Positions 22,755 through 36,007 of a stretch of 64,000 nucleotides of DNA are shown in pieces; positions within the stretch are counted from its first letter, which is position 1; every line of letters starts with the position of its first letter. Made by a program: the position numbers and the translations under genes. This DNA comes from Mobula hypostoma (taxonomy: Eukaryota): assembly GCF_963921235.1 (NCBI RefSeq), contig NC_086097.1, positions 8,618,001-8,682,000 of the forward strand, in the 5' to 3' direction. The notes under the pieces are model-generated. The model saw only the letters and a program-made list of their open reading frames with translations. It made no database searches and was not told the origin of the DNA.

Positions 22755-25700
22755 AACCAGACTGTGTGGGTATGCGTGGGCACACTACCTCACTACTGAA
22801 ACCCTGGCTCTCTGGCAGGGCAGATCCAGACAGCAGAGCTGCCGAGGGCAGCAATGACCACCGCCCTACAACGATCCAACGCAACACAGCAGAACCTGGG
22901 GCAAGTGGTGGTGACGGCACTTCAGGAGCCAACCGGCAGTGAGGTAGACTTCCCCACCATTGACCAGCAGCTAGTGAGCAGGTGAGTGGTCCTGTGCTGG
23001 CACGAGTGAGGGGATGGTAGCCAGAGTGGGCAAAGGTCTCTGCCCTAGATCCAGAGACCGAAACCCTATACTCTCAGTGGGGCACACGACAGGCTGCTGT
23101 TCTGGCAGTGACCATTTTCTGACAACACCAGACATTCAATGGAAAAGTGTGTATGGAACCAGAGGAAAAAGTGGAGGTACTTAATGAATACTTTGCTTCT
23201 GTATTCACTATGGAAAAGGATCTTGGCGATTGTAGGGATGACTTGCAGTGGACTGAAAAACTTGAGAATGCAGGTATTAAGAAAGAGGTCGTGCTAGAGC
23301 TTTTGGAAAGCATCAAGTTGGATAAGTCACCGGGACCAGACGGGATGTACCCCAGGCTACTGTGGGAAGCGAGGGAGGAGATTGCTGAGCCTCTGGCAAT
23401 GATCTTTGCATCATCAATGAGGACGGGAGAGGTTTCAGAGGATTGGAGGGTTGCAGATGTTGTTCCCTTATTCAAGAAAGTGAGTAGGGATAGCCCAGGA
23501 AATTATAGGCCAGTAAGTCTTACTTCAGTGTTTTGTAAGTTGATGGAGAAGATCCTGAGAGGCAGGATTTATGAACATTTGGAGAGGCATAATATGATTA
23601 GGAATAGTCAGCATGGCTTTGTCAAAGGCAGGTTGTGCCTTACGAACCGGACTGAATTTTTTGAGGATGTGACTAAACACTTTGATGAAGGAAGAGTAGT
23701 AGATGTAATGTATATGGATTTCAGCAAGGCATTTGATAAGGTACCCCATGCTAGGCTTATTGAGAAAGTAAGGAAGCATGGAATCCAAGGGGACATTACT
23801 TTGTGGATCCAGAATTGGCTTGCCCCCAGAAGGCAAAGAGTGGTTATAGATGGGTCATTTTCTGTGTGGAGGCAGGTGACCAGTGGTGTGCCTCAAGGAT
23901 TTGTTCTGGGACCCCTACTCTTTGTGATTTTTATAAATGACCTGGATGAGGAAGTGGAGGGATGGGTTAGTAAATTTGCTAATGACACTAAGGTTGACTG
24001 TGTTGTGGATAGTGTGGAGGGCTGTCAGAGGTTACAACAGGACATTGATAGGATGCAAAACTGGGCTGAAAAGTGGCAGATGGAGTTCAACCCAGATAAG
24101 TGTGAGGTGTTTCACTTTGGTAAGTCAAATATGATGGCATAATACAGTATTAATGGCAGTGTGGAGGATCAGAGGGATCTTGGGGTCCGAGTCCATAGCA
24201 CACTCAAAGCAGCTGCGCAGGTTGACTCTGTGGTTAAGAAGGCATAGGGTGCATTGGCCTTCATCAACTGCAGGATTGAGTTCAAGAACCAAGAGGTAAT
24301 GTTGCAGCTATATAGGACCCTGGTCAGACCCCACTAGGAGTACCGTGCTCAGTTCTGTCGCCTCACTATAAGAAGGACGTGGAAACCATAGAAAGGGTGT
24401 AGAGGAGATTTAAAAGGCTGTTGCCTGGATTGGGGAGCATGCTTTATGAGAATAGGTTGAGTGTACTTGGCCTTTTCTCCTTGGAGCGATGGAGGATGAG
24501 AGGTGACTTGATAGAGGTATGCAAGATAATAAGAGGCATTGATCATGTGGACAATCAGAGGCTTTTCCCCAGGGCTGAAATGGCTAGCACGATTGGGCAT
24601 AGTTTTAAGACGCTTGGCAGTAGGTACAGAGGAGATGTCGGGGTAAGTTTTTTTACGCAGAGAGTGGTGAGTGCATGGAATGGACTGCCAGTGGCAGTGG
24701 TGGAGGCAGATACGATAGGGTCTTTCAAGAGTCTCTTGGATGGCTACATGGAGCTTTGAAAAATAGAGGGCTATGGGTAAAACCTAGGTAGTTCTAAGGT
24801 AGGGACAAGGTCGTCACAGCTTTGTGGGCTGAAGGGCCTGTATTGTGTTGTATGTTTTTCTCTATTTCTATCTCCTGAAGCTGGTAGTCCCCTGGGGGCT
24901 CCATGCCATGGTGCTGCGGTCAGTGCACAGTGGGGCCAGCTATTTCAGGGTTGCAAAGACATTGGTCAAGCTGTGAGAATGTTTCTGTTGGCCTGGTACA
25001 AGCAGGACATGGAGCTATTTGTGCACTGCTGTGACGCTTGCCACCCTAGAAGGAGCTGTGCTGCCATTCTCGGGCACCAGTGCAACAGTACCTTGTGGGG
25101 TCCAAGTATGAGTCTACAGCCCCACCCAGAAGAGACAATTCCCCAAGCTTGGAACCCATTGGAAGGGGTCAGGAGAGATGCTCGACTACCTCTCCAATGT
25201 GACCTACCGGGTGTAGTTGCATGAGCAACAGAAGGCATATGTGCTGCACTGGGACTGACTGGCCCTATATTGGTCCTGGGCCACCACTGGCCCAGCGAGA
25301 CTGAAAGCAGGAAGAGACTCTCCTAGTGCCCTACCTTTTGCTTCACCAAACAGTGCCTCCCACGAGGTGGGTGGGGGTGGGAACAACAGGATACCCACAA
25401 TCCCACAGGCAGCAGTGTTGACCACCACCAGGACTTTTGAACTTTGTTGCGGACTCTGAGGTTACTTACCCCTCAGGTGGGGGCAGGGTAGCAATTCAGT
25501 GATGGGCCTGGTTGACAGCCCTCCCGAGCATTCCTGGTAGCCAGCACTTTTTATTGTTCTTGTTTTAAAACACTTGTGAGGGATTATAGTGCCATGTTCA
25601 AGTTCATTTAATATTACATCTTAGCTTGGGTTATACAGTTATTCACATATGTGTTTGCAGGTCCCCCTAACTGTAACCAGGATGTGCAATGATCACCTCC

Positions 25701-25830
25701 TCCATCTGTATCTGACTGACTGGGTTCCCTCCCCGGACACAGCGCTCGGTCTGTTTTTGAGCTTGGTGCCATAAAAATCTTGAGCTAAACGAGCTTCTCT
25801 CGTTTGTCATCACGGACTGAATGTTCACCA
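22755..25830 (+). mobile_element. Degenerate Gypsy LTR-retrotransposon remnant (integrase zinc-binding region, probable 3' LTR) split by a CR1
   Basis: EWAKVSALDPETETLYSQW before the CR1; after it LLKLVVP..FRVAKTL..FCWPG..QDMELFVHCCDAC; purine-rich ggtgggggcaggg near 25476 precedes a non-coding segment ending ..ttcacca. Confidence 0.62.
23135..24871 (+). mobile_element. 5'-truncated CR1 LINE with a 331-aa open RT frame
   Basis: ORF 23147..24142: KSPGPDG, GNYRPVSLTS, QHGF, DFSKAFDKVPH, GVPQG, FANDTK (one catalytic Asp changed to Asn); CR1 tail ..gaagggcctgtattgtgttgta..tttctat. Confidence 0.95.
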
Positions 25831-26242
25831 TAATATGTTGTAAAATTTATTGCCTTTGTAGCAGCAGTGCAATGCAATACCATAATAGAGAGAAAACACA
25901 TACTATAGAAAGTATACACAAATACTCAAATTAAATAAGTAGGTGAAGATAAAAATGATAGTACTGAGGTAATATTCATGGGTTCAAGGTCCATTCAGAA
26001 ATCAGATGACAGAGGCAAATTCACTGAGTGTGTACCTTCAGGCTCCCGTACCTCCTGCCTGATAGTAGTAACAAGGAGGAGGTATGTCTAGGGTGATGGA
26101 GGCCCTGAATGATGGATGCCATCATTTTTGAGATACTATAAAGGCCAGTGCCCTTGATTGAGCTGACTATGTTTACAACTCTCTGCAGTTTACTTCAATT
26201 TATTTCCATTTCCATCCAAGTTATTTGAACCATCTCTTGTTC

Positions 26243-27230
26243 ATAAGATATAGATGCAGAATTAGGCCAGTCAGCCCATTGAGTCTGCTCTGCTATTTTG
26301 TCATGGCTGATCCCGTATCCCATTCAACCCCCTGCACCTGCCTCCTCGACATATTCTTTGATGCCCTGACCAATTAGGAAACTATCAACTTTCACCTTAA
26401 ATATACCCTTGGACTTGACCTCAACTGCAGTCTGTGGCAGGGCATTCCACAGATTCACTACTCTCTGGCTAAAAAAATTCCTCCTTACCTCTGTTCTAAA
26501 AGGTTACCCCTCAATTTTGAGGCTGTGCCCTGTAGTTCTGGATACCTCCACCACAGGAGACATCTTCTCCACATCCATCCTATCTAGTCATTTGTTAGGG
26601 TTCAATGAGATTCCCTCTGCTATCTTCTAAATTCCAGGGAGTACAGGCCCAAAGCTGCCATATGCCTTCATTCCTAGAATCATCCTTCTGAACTTCCTCT
26701 GGACTCTCCCCAATGACAACACATTCTTTCTGAGATTTGGGGCACAAAACTGTTGACAATACTCCAAATGTGGCCTGACTTGTGTCTTATAAAGACTCAG
26801 CATTATCTTATGTTTATATTCTGTTCCCCTTGAAATAAATGCCAACATTGAATTTGCCTTCTTTACCACAGACTCAACCTATAAATTAATCTTCTGGGAG
26901 TCCTGCACGAGATCTCCCAAGTCCCTCTGCACCTCTAATGTTTGAACCTTCTCATTTAGATTGCACAATTGTTCATTTTACCAAAACGCATTATCATACA
27001 TTTTCCAACACTCTGTTCCATCTACCATTTCTTTGCCCTTTCTTCCAATATGTCCAAGTCCTGCTGCAATCTTGTTGCTTCCTCAGCCTTGTCTATCCCT
27101 CCACCTATGTTCATATCATCTGCAAACTTCACCATAAAGCCTTCAATTCCATTACCCAAATCATTGCAAACAATGAAGAAAGTAGTGGTCCCAATACTGA
27201 CCCCTGAGGAACACATCTAGTCACTGGCAC
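26243..27230 (-). mobile_element. Degenerate CR1 3' fragment
   Basis: VKFADDMNIGG, KKANSMLAFISRG..RPHLEYC..QRKFRRMI. Confidence 0.88.
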
Positions 27231-28643
27231 TTTCCTGTTACAAAAGCTACTATCCTTTAGTCTTTGTTCACAGCCATTGACTGAAGCTAAACTCTCACAA
27301 AACAATTACCACATTTGTGGTATCAGGATCAGAATTAATCACCCTATTACTCCCTTGGTGCTGTAATAACCCAAATGAATATCTGCCATTGTGACTGAAG
27401 AATATAAAATAAATTTATCAAGGATTTTGCCTTACTGAAAATGACTGGCTTAACATAATCCTTTCTGTATTAGAAGAAGTGCTAGTACAACGAAAGGAAT
27501 GAAAATTCAGGAAGTAATTGACAAGGTTCTTTGGAAAACAAGGCTACAGGGAATACATTTTAGGCACAAGTTATATAGGGGAAGAGAATCATAAAGATTA
27601 CCTTAGGCCTGTCTTGTAGCACATATTTCAATGTGAAAAAGGAAGAATTTAGCTACATTGCATCATTTACAACTGTCATAAGCCCTGCAGGCTTCTGCTG
27701 CGGGCAGTAGAGTGTTGGGTTTCTGGGTTTCTTAAGCACCTGAATTTACTAATTGTTAGGACCATTAAGCCCTGGTGCTTTTGGTTTAATCTTGTCGAGT
27801 TAATTGTGATCAGCATGTGCTTCCAGGATTCTATCATTATTTAAATTGGACTTTCGTTATGTTCTGTTAGGGAATCCTATTGTAGGTTTGTTAGAATAAT
27901 TTGTCACATGGTGTTCCTTGATTATACCTCTATTGCCTTATGATATACCTGTGCCTAATCTCTTGTTTTTGTCTCTTTGTGGGGAGTCTGCTGTTCCTCT
28001 GCTGCTGGGTCTAGTCCTGAGGAAAGTGCACCATAAGAGTCACCACAGGTTATCATGAAGTATGTTATAGCCAGCCAATAGTTTAGAGATATAGTGGAAA
28101 ACAGGCCCTTCCAGCCCACTGAGCTGCACTGCCTAGCAAATCATAGCTTAATCAGAGGATAGTTTACAACAACCACCAGGAAATCCATGTGGTCACTGGG
28201 AGAATATGTAACCCTAAATTCTGACACCTTGAATTGTGTAATAGTGTCAAACTAACTCCTGTGCTACCATAATGCCACAAAATCAAAGATTTATCAAAGT
28301 TGTTCTGTCAACTGCTACTGTTTCCACACTTCACCAGCAATTTACATAAAGCATTAGCAACAGAGAAATTTTCCTTAAAATTGTATTTCCTCATCAAAGT
28401 ATATGGATGACCCTTTAGGACAGAGATGAGGAAGAATTTCTTTAGATAGAGGGTGGTGATCAAACAGCTGATAGTCAATACCTTATCCAGATGTTGGCAT
28501 CATTGGTTCAGTAGCCTTCCCTCTGTTCTGGATGAGAATTTCAACAGACATTTTGAGTAGAAGTTGGACATGGAGCTACTTCCTTTTGATTCAGCGCTAC
28601 TTAAAATCAAATGTTCCTACAACCAATGATCTCACTTTAAGGA

Positions 28644-30050
28644 ACACACATCAAAGTTGCTGGTGAACGCAGCAGGCCAGGTAGCATCTGTAGGAAGAGG
28701 TGCAGTCGACGTTTCAGGCCGAGACCCTTCGTCAGGACTAACTGAAGGAAGAGTGAGTAAGGGATTTGAAAGTGGGAGGGGGAGATCCAAAATGATAGGA
28801 GAAGACAGGAGGAGGAGGGATGGAACTAAGAGCTGGACAGGTGATTGGCAAAGGGGATACAAGAGGATTATGGGACAGGAGGTCCAGGAAGAAAGACAAG
28901 GAGGTGGGGTACCCAGAGGATGGGCAAGAGGTATATTCAGAGGGACAGAGGGAGAAAAAGGAGAGTGAGAGAAAGAATGTGTGCATAAAAATAAGTAACA
29001 GATGGGGTACGAGGGGGAGGTGGGGCCTTAGCGGAAGTTAGAGAAGTCGATGTTCATGCCATCAGGTTGGAGGCTACCCAGACAGAATATAAGGCGTTGT
29101 TCCTCCAACCTGAGTGTGGCTTCATCTTTGGGATGTGGAATTAAAATGTGTGGCCACTGGGAGATCCTGCTTTCTCTGGCAGACAGAGCGTAGATGTTCA
29201 GCAAAGCGGTCTCCCAGTCTGCGTCGGGTCTCGCCAATATATAAAAGGCCACATCGGGAGCACCGGACGCAGTATATCACCCCAGTCGACTCACAGGTGA
29301 AGTGTTGCCTCACCTGGAAGGACTGTTTGGGGCCCTGAATGGTGGTAAGGGAGGAAGTGTAAGGGCATGTGTAGCACTTGTTCCGCTTACACGGATAAGT
29401 GCCAGGAGGGAGATCAGTGGGGAGGGATGGGGGGGATGAATGGACAAGGGAGTTGCGTAGGGAGCGATTCCTGCAGAATGCAGGGGGGGGGGGAGGGAAA
29501 GATGTGCTTAGTGGTGGGATCCCGTTGGAGGTGGCGGAAGTTACGGAGAATAATATGTTGGACCCGGAGGCTGGTGGAGTGGTAGGTGAGGACCAGGGGA
29601 ACCCTATTCCTAGTGGGGTGGCGGGAGGATGGAGTGAGAGCAGATGTACGTGAAATGGGGGAGATGCGTTTAAGAGCAGAGTTGATAGTGGAGGAATGGA
29701 ATCCCCTTTCTTTAAAAAAGGAAGACATCTCCCTCGTCCTAGAATGAAAAGCCTCATCCTGAGAGCAGATGCAGTGGAGACGGAGGAATTGCAAGAAGGG
29801 GATGGCGTTTTTGCAAGAGACAGGGTGAGAAGAGGAATAGACCAGATAGCTGTGAGAGTCAGTAGGCTTATAGTAGACATCAGTGGATAAGCTGTCTCCA
29901 GAGACAGAGACAGAAAGATCTAGAAAGGGGAGGGAGGTGTCGGAAATGGACCAGGTAAACTTGAGGGCAGGGTGAAAGTTGGAGGCAAAGTTAATAAAGT
30001 CAACGAGTTCTGCATGCGTGCAGGAAGCAGCGCCAATGCAGTCGTTGATG
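28644..30050 (-). mobile_element. 5'-truncated Penelope-like element: RT C-terminus, GIY-YIG endonuclease and pLTR with hammerhead
   Basis: Minus strand INDCIGA..NFHPALKFT..LPFLDL..YYKPTDSHSYL; CKRNKCYTC..FTCESTGVIYCVRCSRCGLLYIGETRRRLGDRFAEH; LEEQRLIFCLGSLQPDGMNIDF; 10-bp TSD actttaagga at 28634-28643 and 30051-30060; frameshifted. Confidence 0.93.
28703..28740 (-). ncRNA. Minimal type-I hammerhead ribozyme motif (Penelope pLTR)
   Basis: Identical 38-mer to 18744-18781; same sense as the GIY-YIG ORF and ~290 nt downstream of its end. Confidence 0.82.
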
Positions 30051-30344
30051 ACTTTAAGGACTCTTTATCTCATTCTTATGTTCTCATTATTTATTGTGAT
30101 TTACTTAAATTTGCACATTTTATTGTTTTCTGCATTCTGAATGATCTTTCATCGATCCTGTTATAGTTATTATTTTATAGATTTGCTGAGAATTCCCACA
30201 ATAAAATGAATCTCAGAATTGTATGTGCGCTTTGAGAATAAAATTTACTTTGAACTTTTGAGCATTGAATCTATTGAGTCCTGAGCTGATAACTGACAAA
30301 GTATTCATTACCATTCAATAGTGTGTAGTTAAAAAGATAGTAGA

Positions 30345-30630
30345 GATAAAAATATTAGCTTTATTTGTCACATGTACATCAAAATGTATAGTGAAATGCT
30401 TTGTTTGTGTCAATGACCAGCACGCTCTGAGCATTTGCTGGGGATAGCCTGCAACTCTTGTCACAACTTGCCCTAACCTGTATGTCTTTGGAATATGGGA
30501 GGCAACTGAGTCACATGGAGGAAACCCATGTAGTCACAGGGAGAATATAATGTCTCCTTACAGGCAGCCGTGGAAATTGAATGCAGATCGCAGGTGCTAT
30601 AAAGCGTTACACTCGCCAGTATGTTACAGA
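30345..30630 (-). mobile_element. tRNA-derived SINE (10711-type)
   Basis: tagctttatttgtcacatg tail and ggaaattgaa..taaagcgttacac head, both reversed. Confidence 0.55.
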
Positions 30631-30711
30631 GCCAACCGGTATATCAGTATATAAAACCATAAGAATAGAGTTCTTAACCACAAGAACCATAAGAACCATA
30701 AAAAAAAAACA

Positions 30712-31465
30712 TAAAACCATTTAGAACGGAGTTGAGGAAAAGCTTTTTCACCCAGAGAGTTGTGGATCTGTGTTTGCTCTGCCTCAGAAGGCAATGGAGG
30801 CCAATTCTCTGAATGCTTTCAAGAAAGAGTTAGATAGAGCTCTTAATGATAGCGGAGTCAAGGGATATGGGGAGAAGGCAGGAAAAGGGTACTGATTGTG
30901 GATGATCAGCCATGATCACAGTGAATGGGGGCGCTGGCTCAAAGTGCTGAATGGCCTACTCCTGCACCTACAGGAGCAAAATTAGGCCATTTGGCCCATT
31001 GGGTCCGCTCTACCATTCAATCATGGCTGATCCTTTCTTTCTCCCCCTCAGTTATAAGACCACAAGACATGGGAGCAAGGATGTAATGTTGAGGCTTTGT
31101 GTGACACTGTGGAGGCCTCACTTGGAATATTGTGAACAGTTTTGGGCACCTTATCTAAGAAAGAATGTGCTAACTTTTGAGAGGGTGCAAAGAAAGTTCA
31201 TAAAAATGATTCTGGGATTGAAAGGTATATCATATGATAGCTCTGAGCCTATACTCACTGAAATTCAGAAGACTAGGGGCAGGGGTGAAATCTCATTGAA
31301 ACCTATCAAGTGTTGAAAGCTCTCAATAGAGTTGATGTGGAGAGAACCATTCCTATGGTGTGGGAGTCCAAGACAACTTTACTAGGGTATAAAGGGATAT
31401 CGGGAGAAAGCAGGAGATTGAGGCTGAGAAGGAAATGGATTAGCCATGATGAATTGATGGAGCAC
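30712..31465 (+). mobile_element. Cluster of CR1 3' fragments (plus tail 30712-30970, short minus tail, plus fragment 31045-31465)
   Basis: SKDVMLRL..RPHLEYCEQFWAPY; CR1 3' UTR gatgatcagccatgatc..ggcctactcctgcacc. Confidence 0.78.
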
Positions 31466-31584
31466 TCAATCATTATAAACCAGGAATGAATTTTTAGGCT
31501 TAATCAAAATCAAATTTATTATCACTGACTTAGATGACATAAAATTTATTGTTTTGTGGTAACAAAAATAAATAAACTGTGCAA

Positions 31585-32298
31585 TAAACATAGAACATAG
31601 AAGCATAGAAAACCTAAAGCACAATACAGGCCCTTTGGCCCATAATGCTGTGCCAAACTTGTCCTTACCTTAGAAATTACCTAGGGTTACCCATATTTTT
31701 CATACCTCTATTTTTCTGAGCTCTATGTACCTATCCAGGAGTCTCTTAAAAGAACCTATCGTATCCTTCTCCACCACCATTGACAGCATCCCATTGCACG
31801 CACTCACCACGCTCTGCATAAAAAACTTACCTCTGACATCTCCTCTGTACCCTCTTCCAAACACCTTAAAACTGTGCCCTGTCGTTCTAGTCGTTTCAGC
31901 CCTGGGAAAAAGCCTCTGACTCGCCACACGATCAATGCCTCTCATCATCGTGTACACGTCTATCAGGTCACCTCTCATCCTCCGTCACTCCAAGGAAAAA
32001 AGGTCGAGGTCACTCAACCTATTCTCATAAGGCATGCTCCCCAACCCAGGCAACACTCTTGCTCCTCTGCACCATTTCTATGGTTTGCACATCCTTCCTG
32101 TAGTGAGGCAACCAGAACTGAGCACAGTACTCCAAGTGGGGTCTGACTAGGATCCTATATAGCTGCAACATTACCTCTCGGCTCCTAAACTCTATCCCAC
32201 AATTGATGAAGGCTAATGTCAACCTGCGTAGTAGCTTGGAGTGGCCTATGGACTCGGACCCCAAGGTCCCTCTGATCCTCCACACTGCCAAGAGTCTT
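31585..32298 (-). mobile_element. 5'-truncated CR1
   Basis: RPHLEYCAQFW, MRGDLIDVY..FKRLLDRYIE; (catagaa)n tail at 31585-31612. Confidence 0.9.
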
Positions 32299-32621
32299 AA
32301 AAAAGAAATAATGAGTTTGTTCATGGTTCATGGTTCATGGATTCATGCTTATTCAGAAATCTGGTAGTGGAGGGAAAGAAGTAGTTCCTAAATCACTGAG
32401 TGTGGATCTTCAGGCTCCTGTAACCTCCACCCTGATGGTATAAATCAGAAAAAAGCATAGCCTGGATGATGTGGGCCCTTCGTGGGAATGCCACTATCTT
32501 GAGGCACCAGCTCCTGATAATGTCCTTGATAGTCCATGATGAAGTTGAATGAGTCTATATTTCTCCACAGCCTCTAGTGATCATGTACATTGGAGCCTCC
32601 ATGCCAGTCTGTTTTAATGAT

Positions 32622-32885
32622 ATTTACTTACTTACTTAAGCCCACCAACCCTACTGGAATATACACTTCTGAGAGCAGCTCCTCCGAGCCCTCTGTCCTG
32701 GGCAAGTCTTTCAAGTTGTCCCTAGGTGTAGCCATCTTTGAAGATCCTTCCTCTCCCAGGGATGAGATCTTTGGAGCTTTTGCTGGTGTTTCTGTAGCTC
32801 TGGGTTTGTACAAGATGGAGTTGCTAGCCCAATGCCCAACCCACCACCTTTTGCTGCCAAGCTTGGGACGATCCATGGTGGAATT
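32622..32885 (-). mobile_element. Short bipartite RTE-derived element with (TAAG)n tail
   Basis: ttacttacttacttaa tail; reversed ..cccaggacagagggctcggagg (AQDR..-like RTE end); RTE-type 5' motif gggttgggcattgggctagcaactccatcttgtacaaa. Confidence 0.6.
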
Positions 32886-33502
32886 TTAATAATGTTTGTT
32901 TACTGGATAAATATTGGAGATACTCCCACAGTGAGCATTAGCAAACTACATCCTGAAGGAATGAAAAAGGCCAATAATTATAAGTGCCTTTGACAATGTC
33001 CTTAATAGGACACTGCAAAACTGAAATCACACCACAAGACATTGCTGCATCTTGCAACTGTAGGAAAAAAAGAATCTATTTATGATAGATAAAGCATCTG
33101 CAGAATTCCTGTTGTTTGCATCTATTTATGATATATTAGACTGTAATATCAGTAGGGACTCTGTAAAAATCCAGCTTTGTTGTCATGTTGTCAACCAGCT
33201 ACTCGTTCCAATAGGAATTCCCAAGCTTATGGTGTAAACTTTAATTAAACTTGCCGTCAGTGGTGTTACCCAGCAGTTCAATGATTCAAAGGCACTAATT
33301 ATAATTTAGTCAGATGCAAGTTTCTCTGCAAGGAAATGGCAGACCACAGGAACAAATTACATTGCTCTACACACTTTTGCAAAGATTTTTGTGTCTGGGC
33401 CTTCCACCTAAAAAATCAAAATAAGTGATTTCTTCTCACTGATGCCATCACAAAGGAGGTACAAGACCCTCAGTACCCACACAGCCAGGTTCAGGAACAG
33501 TG

Positions 33503-34345
33503 ATGGCACCAGCAGTTTTTGGAGTCCAAGGTGACTCTTTCCAGTTCATCCACAAAACAGCTTACTGTTCTTCTCTTATGTCTTTCCTTTCATTTCAAGC
33601 AGACTGTTGGAGCCTGTGATCGACAGTTCGAATGGCGGTTCTTCACAAGCATTGGGTCTACGGACCAGCTTTATGTGTGGCCTGGTGTTTCGTTATCTCC
33701 AGGAATGGGCTGGAAGATGTGCACCTTCAGGGAGTGGCCACGTAGATAACCAGTTCCTCAGCAATTTTTCCAATTGAAGCGTTGTGGGAGACTGAAGCAT
33801 TGGGGCAGCAGGTGGTATGTGCTGCTGTTGGATGAATGCCCCTGTACTCAAGCGATTCCTTTCTCTCTTTTCCTCTTTTGACATTGAGAGCCTGTCAGTC
33901 CTCAGTGGGGTGGGGGGGGCCGGTTTCTGGGAGTAGTGACATGAGATTGTAACATTGGAACAGGGGCCACTGGTCTCCACACTCATTGTTGCAGGAACGA
34001 TCTCTCTCTCTGTCATTGGTGCGAGAGTCTGTCTGAGATACTGAAGTGTTCATTTATAGACTGTAGCTTTTGATGGACTTTAGATCAAGAGCTCTTTTGA
34101 GGGGGCATTTGCTATTGTTTGTATGGTGGGGGATGGTGGGGTTGGTGTTTCTATCGGGGCAGGTGGGGGAGGGAAGTGGGAAGGTTGCTGCTCTTTGTGT
34201 GTGTGAAGGGGAGAGGGTGCTTTGGGGTTCTAATGCTTCTGTCATTCTTTCTTTGGGGTTTCTTGTTTTGTGGATGCCTGCAAAGTGTAAAATTTCAGGT
34301 TGTACACTGTATACATTCTCTGATATTAAATTGAATCATTTGAGT
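33503..34345 (+). mobile_element. Non-coding, probably non-autonomous element inserted in a Rex1 3' remnant
   Basis: Starts gatggcacc, ends atacattctctgatattaaattgaatcatttga; the host reads ttcaggaacagt | ..caaccatcagactcttgaa across it; 3' half shared with 15125-15470. Confidence 0.55.
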
Positions 34346-34634
34346 AATTATCAACCATCAGACTCTTGAATCAGAGGGGATAACTTCACTCACCCCAGCA
34401 GTGAACTGTTTCCCACATATGGACTCACTTTTAAGGACTCTACCACTTATGTTATTAATATTTATTATTTATTAATTATTATTATTATTTTTCTTTTTGC
34501 TCCTTTTATATATTTGCACAATGTTTTTGCACATTGACAGAAATAAACATAAACAACATATATAATAGAATCTGTACAAAGCTGCACACAATAAAGATCA
34601 ACAGATTCTATTATATATTTTGTTTATGTTTCTT

Positions 34635-35485
34635 TCTGTTGTGTATTTAATATTTCAGTAATATTTGAGTAATACAGTAAATATATTGTTTTATTGTTGT
34701 TGTTCCTCCTCCCCACACCAGTCTGGCACATCAGTCAGTAACATTGCTGTTTCTTTAGTGTTTGTCTGTTTTACGAGGCTGAGTTACTAGGTTGATGCTC
34801 AACCCAGCACGAGTAGAACTTGCGCAAGGAGCTGACCGGGTTCAAACCCATACCTCTCACTCCAAAGTCTGGTGCAGATGTCACTACACTACTGGCACAG
34901 ACATATTGCTTTATTAAACATTCATTGTGATTACATAATGCATGGCGGCTTATTTGTAAAAGTATGTACGTCATTATGCCACCATGTTGTACATGTGTGG
35001 CTTGCTTAAAGTAAAAACAAAACTAAGACCTGTTCTCCTGTGCTTCAGTCACTCTCTTGCAATTAGTTTTATGTCTTGGAGTTACAATATATAATAGTGG
35101 TGGTGAGAATGTCTTAAACAAACCTGAGGTAATTGTCTACCTGTTTAAACTCAGCAAGATGTTCGAGTTAAAAAAAAGCTACATAGCACAGGCTTTACCA
35201 TCAAGTTAAAAAAAAAGGCTAAATTCATGGATTAGTAAACAGAGAGTATGGTTGATAAAAATCATGATTTTTTAAAAAAGCAGAAATGGGAAGATAGATG
35301 TGCTTGATTGCACAAGAGATGACTGGAATATGAGCAAATTGAGCAGTATTTGAAGAGAATGGAAAAGCAGACGAGAATCAAGTATCAGTTTTGCTGAGTG
35401 CATTGGGTGGAAAAGTATAGTTTGCTGAGAAGGTTGACTGTTCCAACCAAATGAGTTGAGATGAAATTTGCTGATGTCATGAAAA
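34635..35485 (+). mobile_element. Gypsy remnant: 5' LTR (interrupted by a SINE), PBS-like site and decayed gag start
   Basis: Decayed GKIDVLDCTRDDWN..EQIEQY..VSVLLSALGGK..SLLR..MKFADV; agtggtggtgag near 35097 resembles a tggcgacgag PBS. Confidence 0.6.
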
Positions 35486-36007
35486 CTATTTCATATATAT
35501 ACAGTGGTATGCAAAAGTTTGGGCACCCCTGGTCAAAATTTCTGTTACTGTGAATAGCTAAGCGAGTAAAAGATGAACTGATCTCCAAAAGTCATAATGT
35601 TAAAGGTGAAACATTCTTTTCAACATTTTAAGCAAGATTAGTTTATTATTTTTGTTTTGTACAATTTTAGAGTGAGAAAGGAATGGAGCACCGTGCAAAA
35701 GTTTGGGCACCCCAAGAGATTTGAGCTCTCTGATAACTTTTGCCAAGGCCTCAGACCTTAATTAGCTTATTAGGCCTATGGCTTGTTCATAGTCATCGTT
35801 AGGAAGGGCCAGGTAATGCAAATTTCAAAGCTTTATAAATGCCCTGTCTCCTCAAACCTTGTCCCAATAATCAGCAGCCATGGGCTCCTCTAAGCAGCTG
35901 CCTAGCACTCTAAAAGTTAAAATAAATGATACCCACAAAGCAGGAGAAGACTATAAGAAGATAGCAAAGCGTCTTCAGGTAGCTACTTCCTCAATTCGTA
36001 ATGTAAT

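Noticed and set aside
23147..24142. 331-aa RT ORF as a functional or domesticated gene
   Set aside because: 5'-truncated CR1 with a D-to-N catalytic change and a premature stop.
27673..28060. Possible second solo LTR beginning TGTCAT
   Set aside because: No clear CA terminus or TSD could be fixed.
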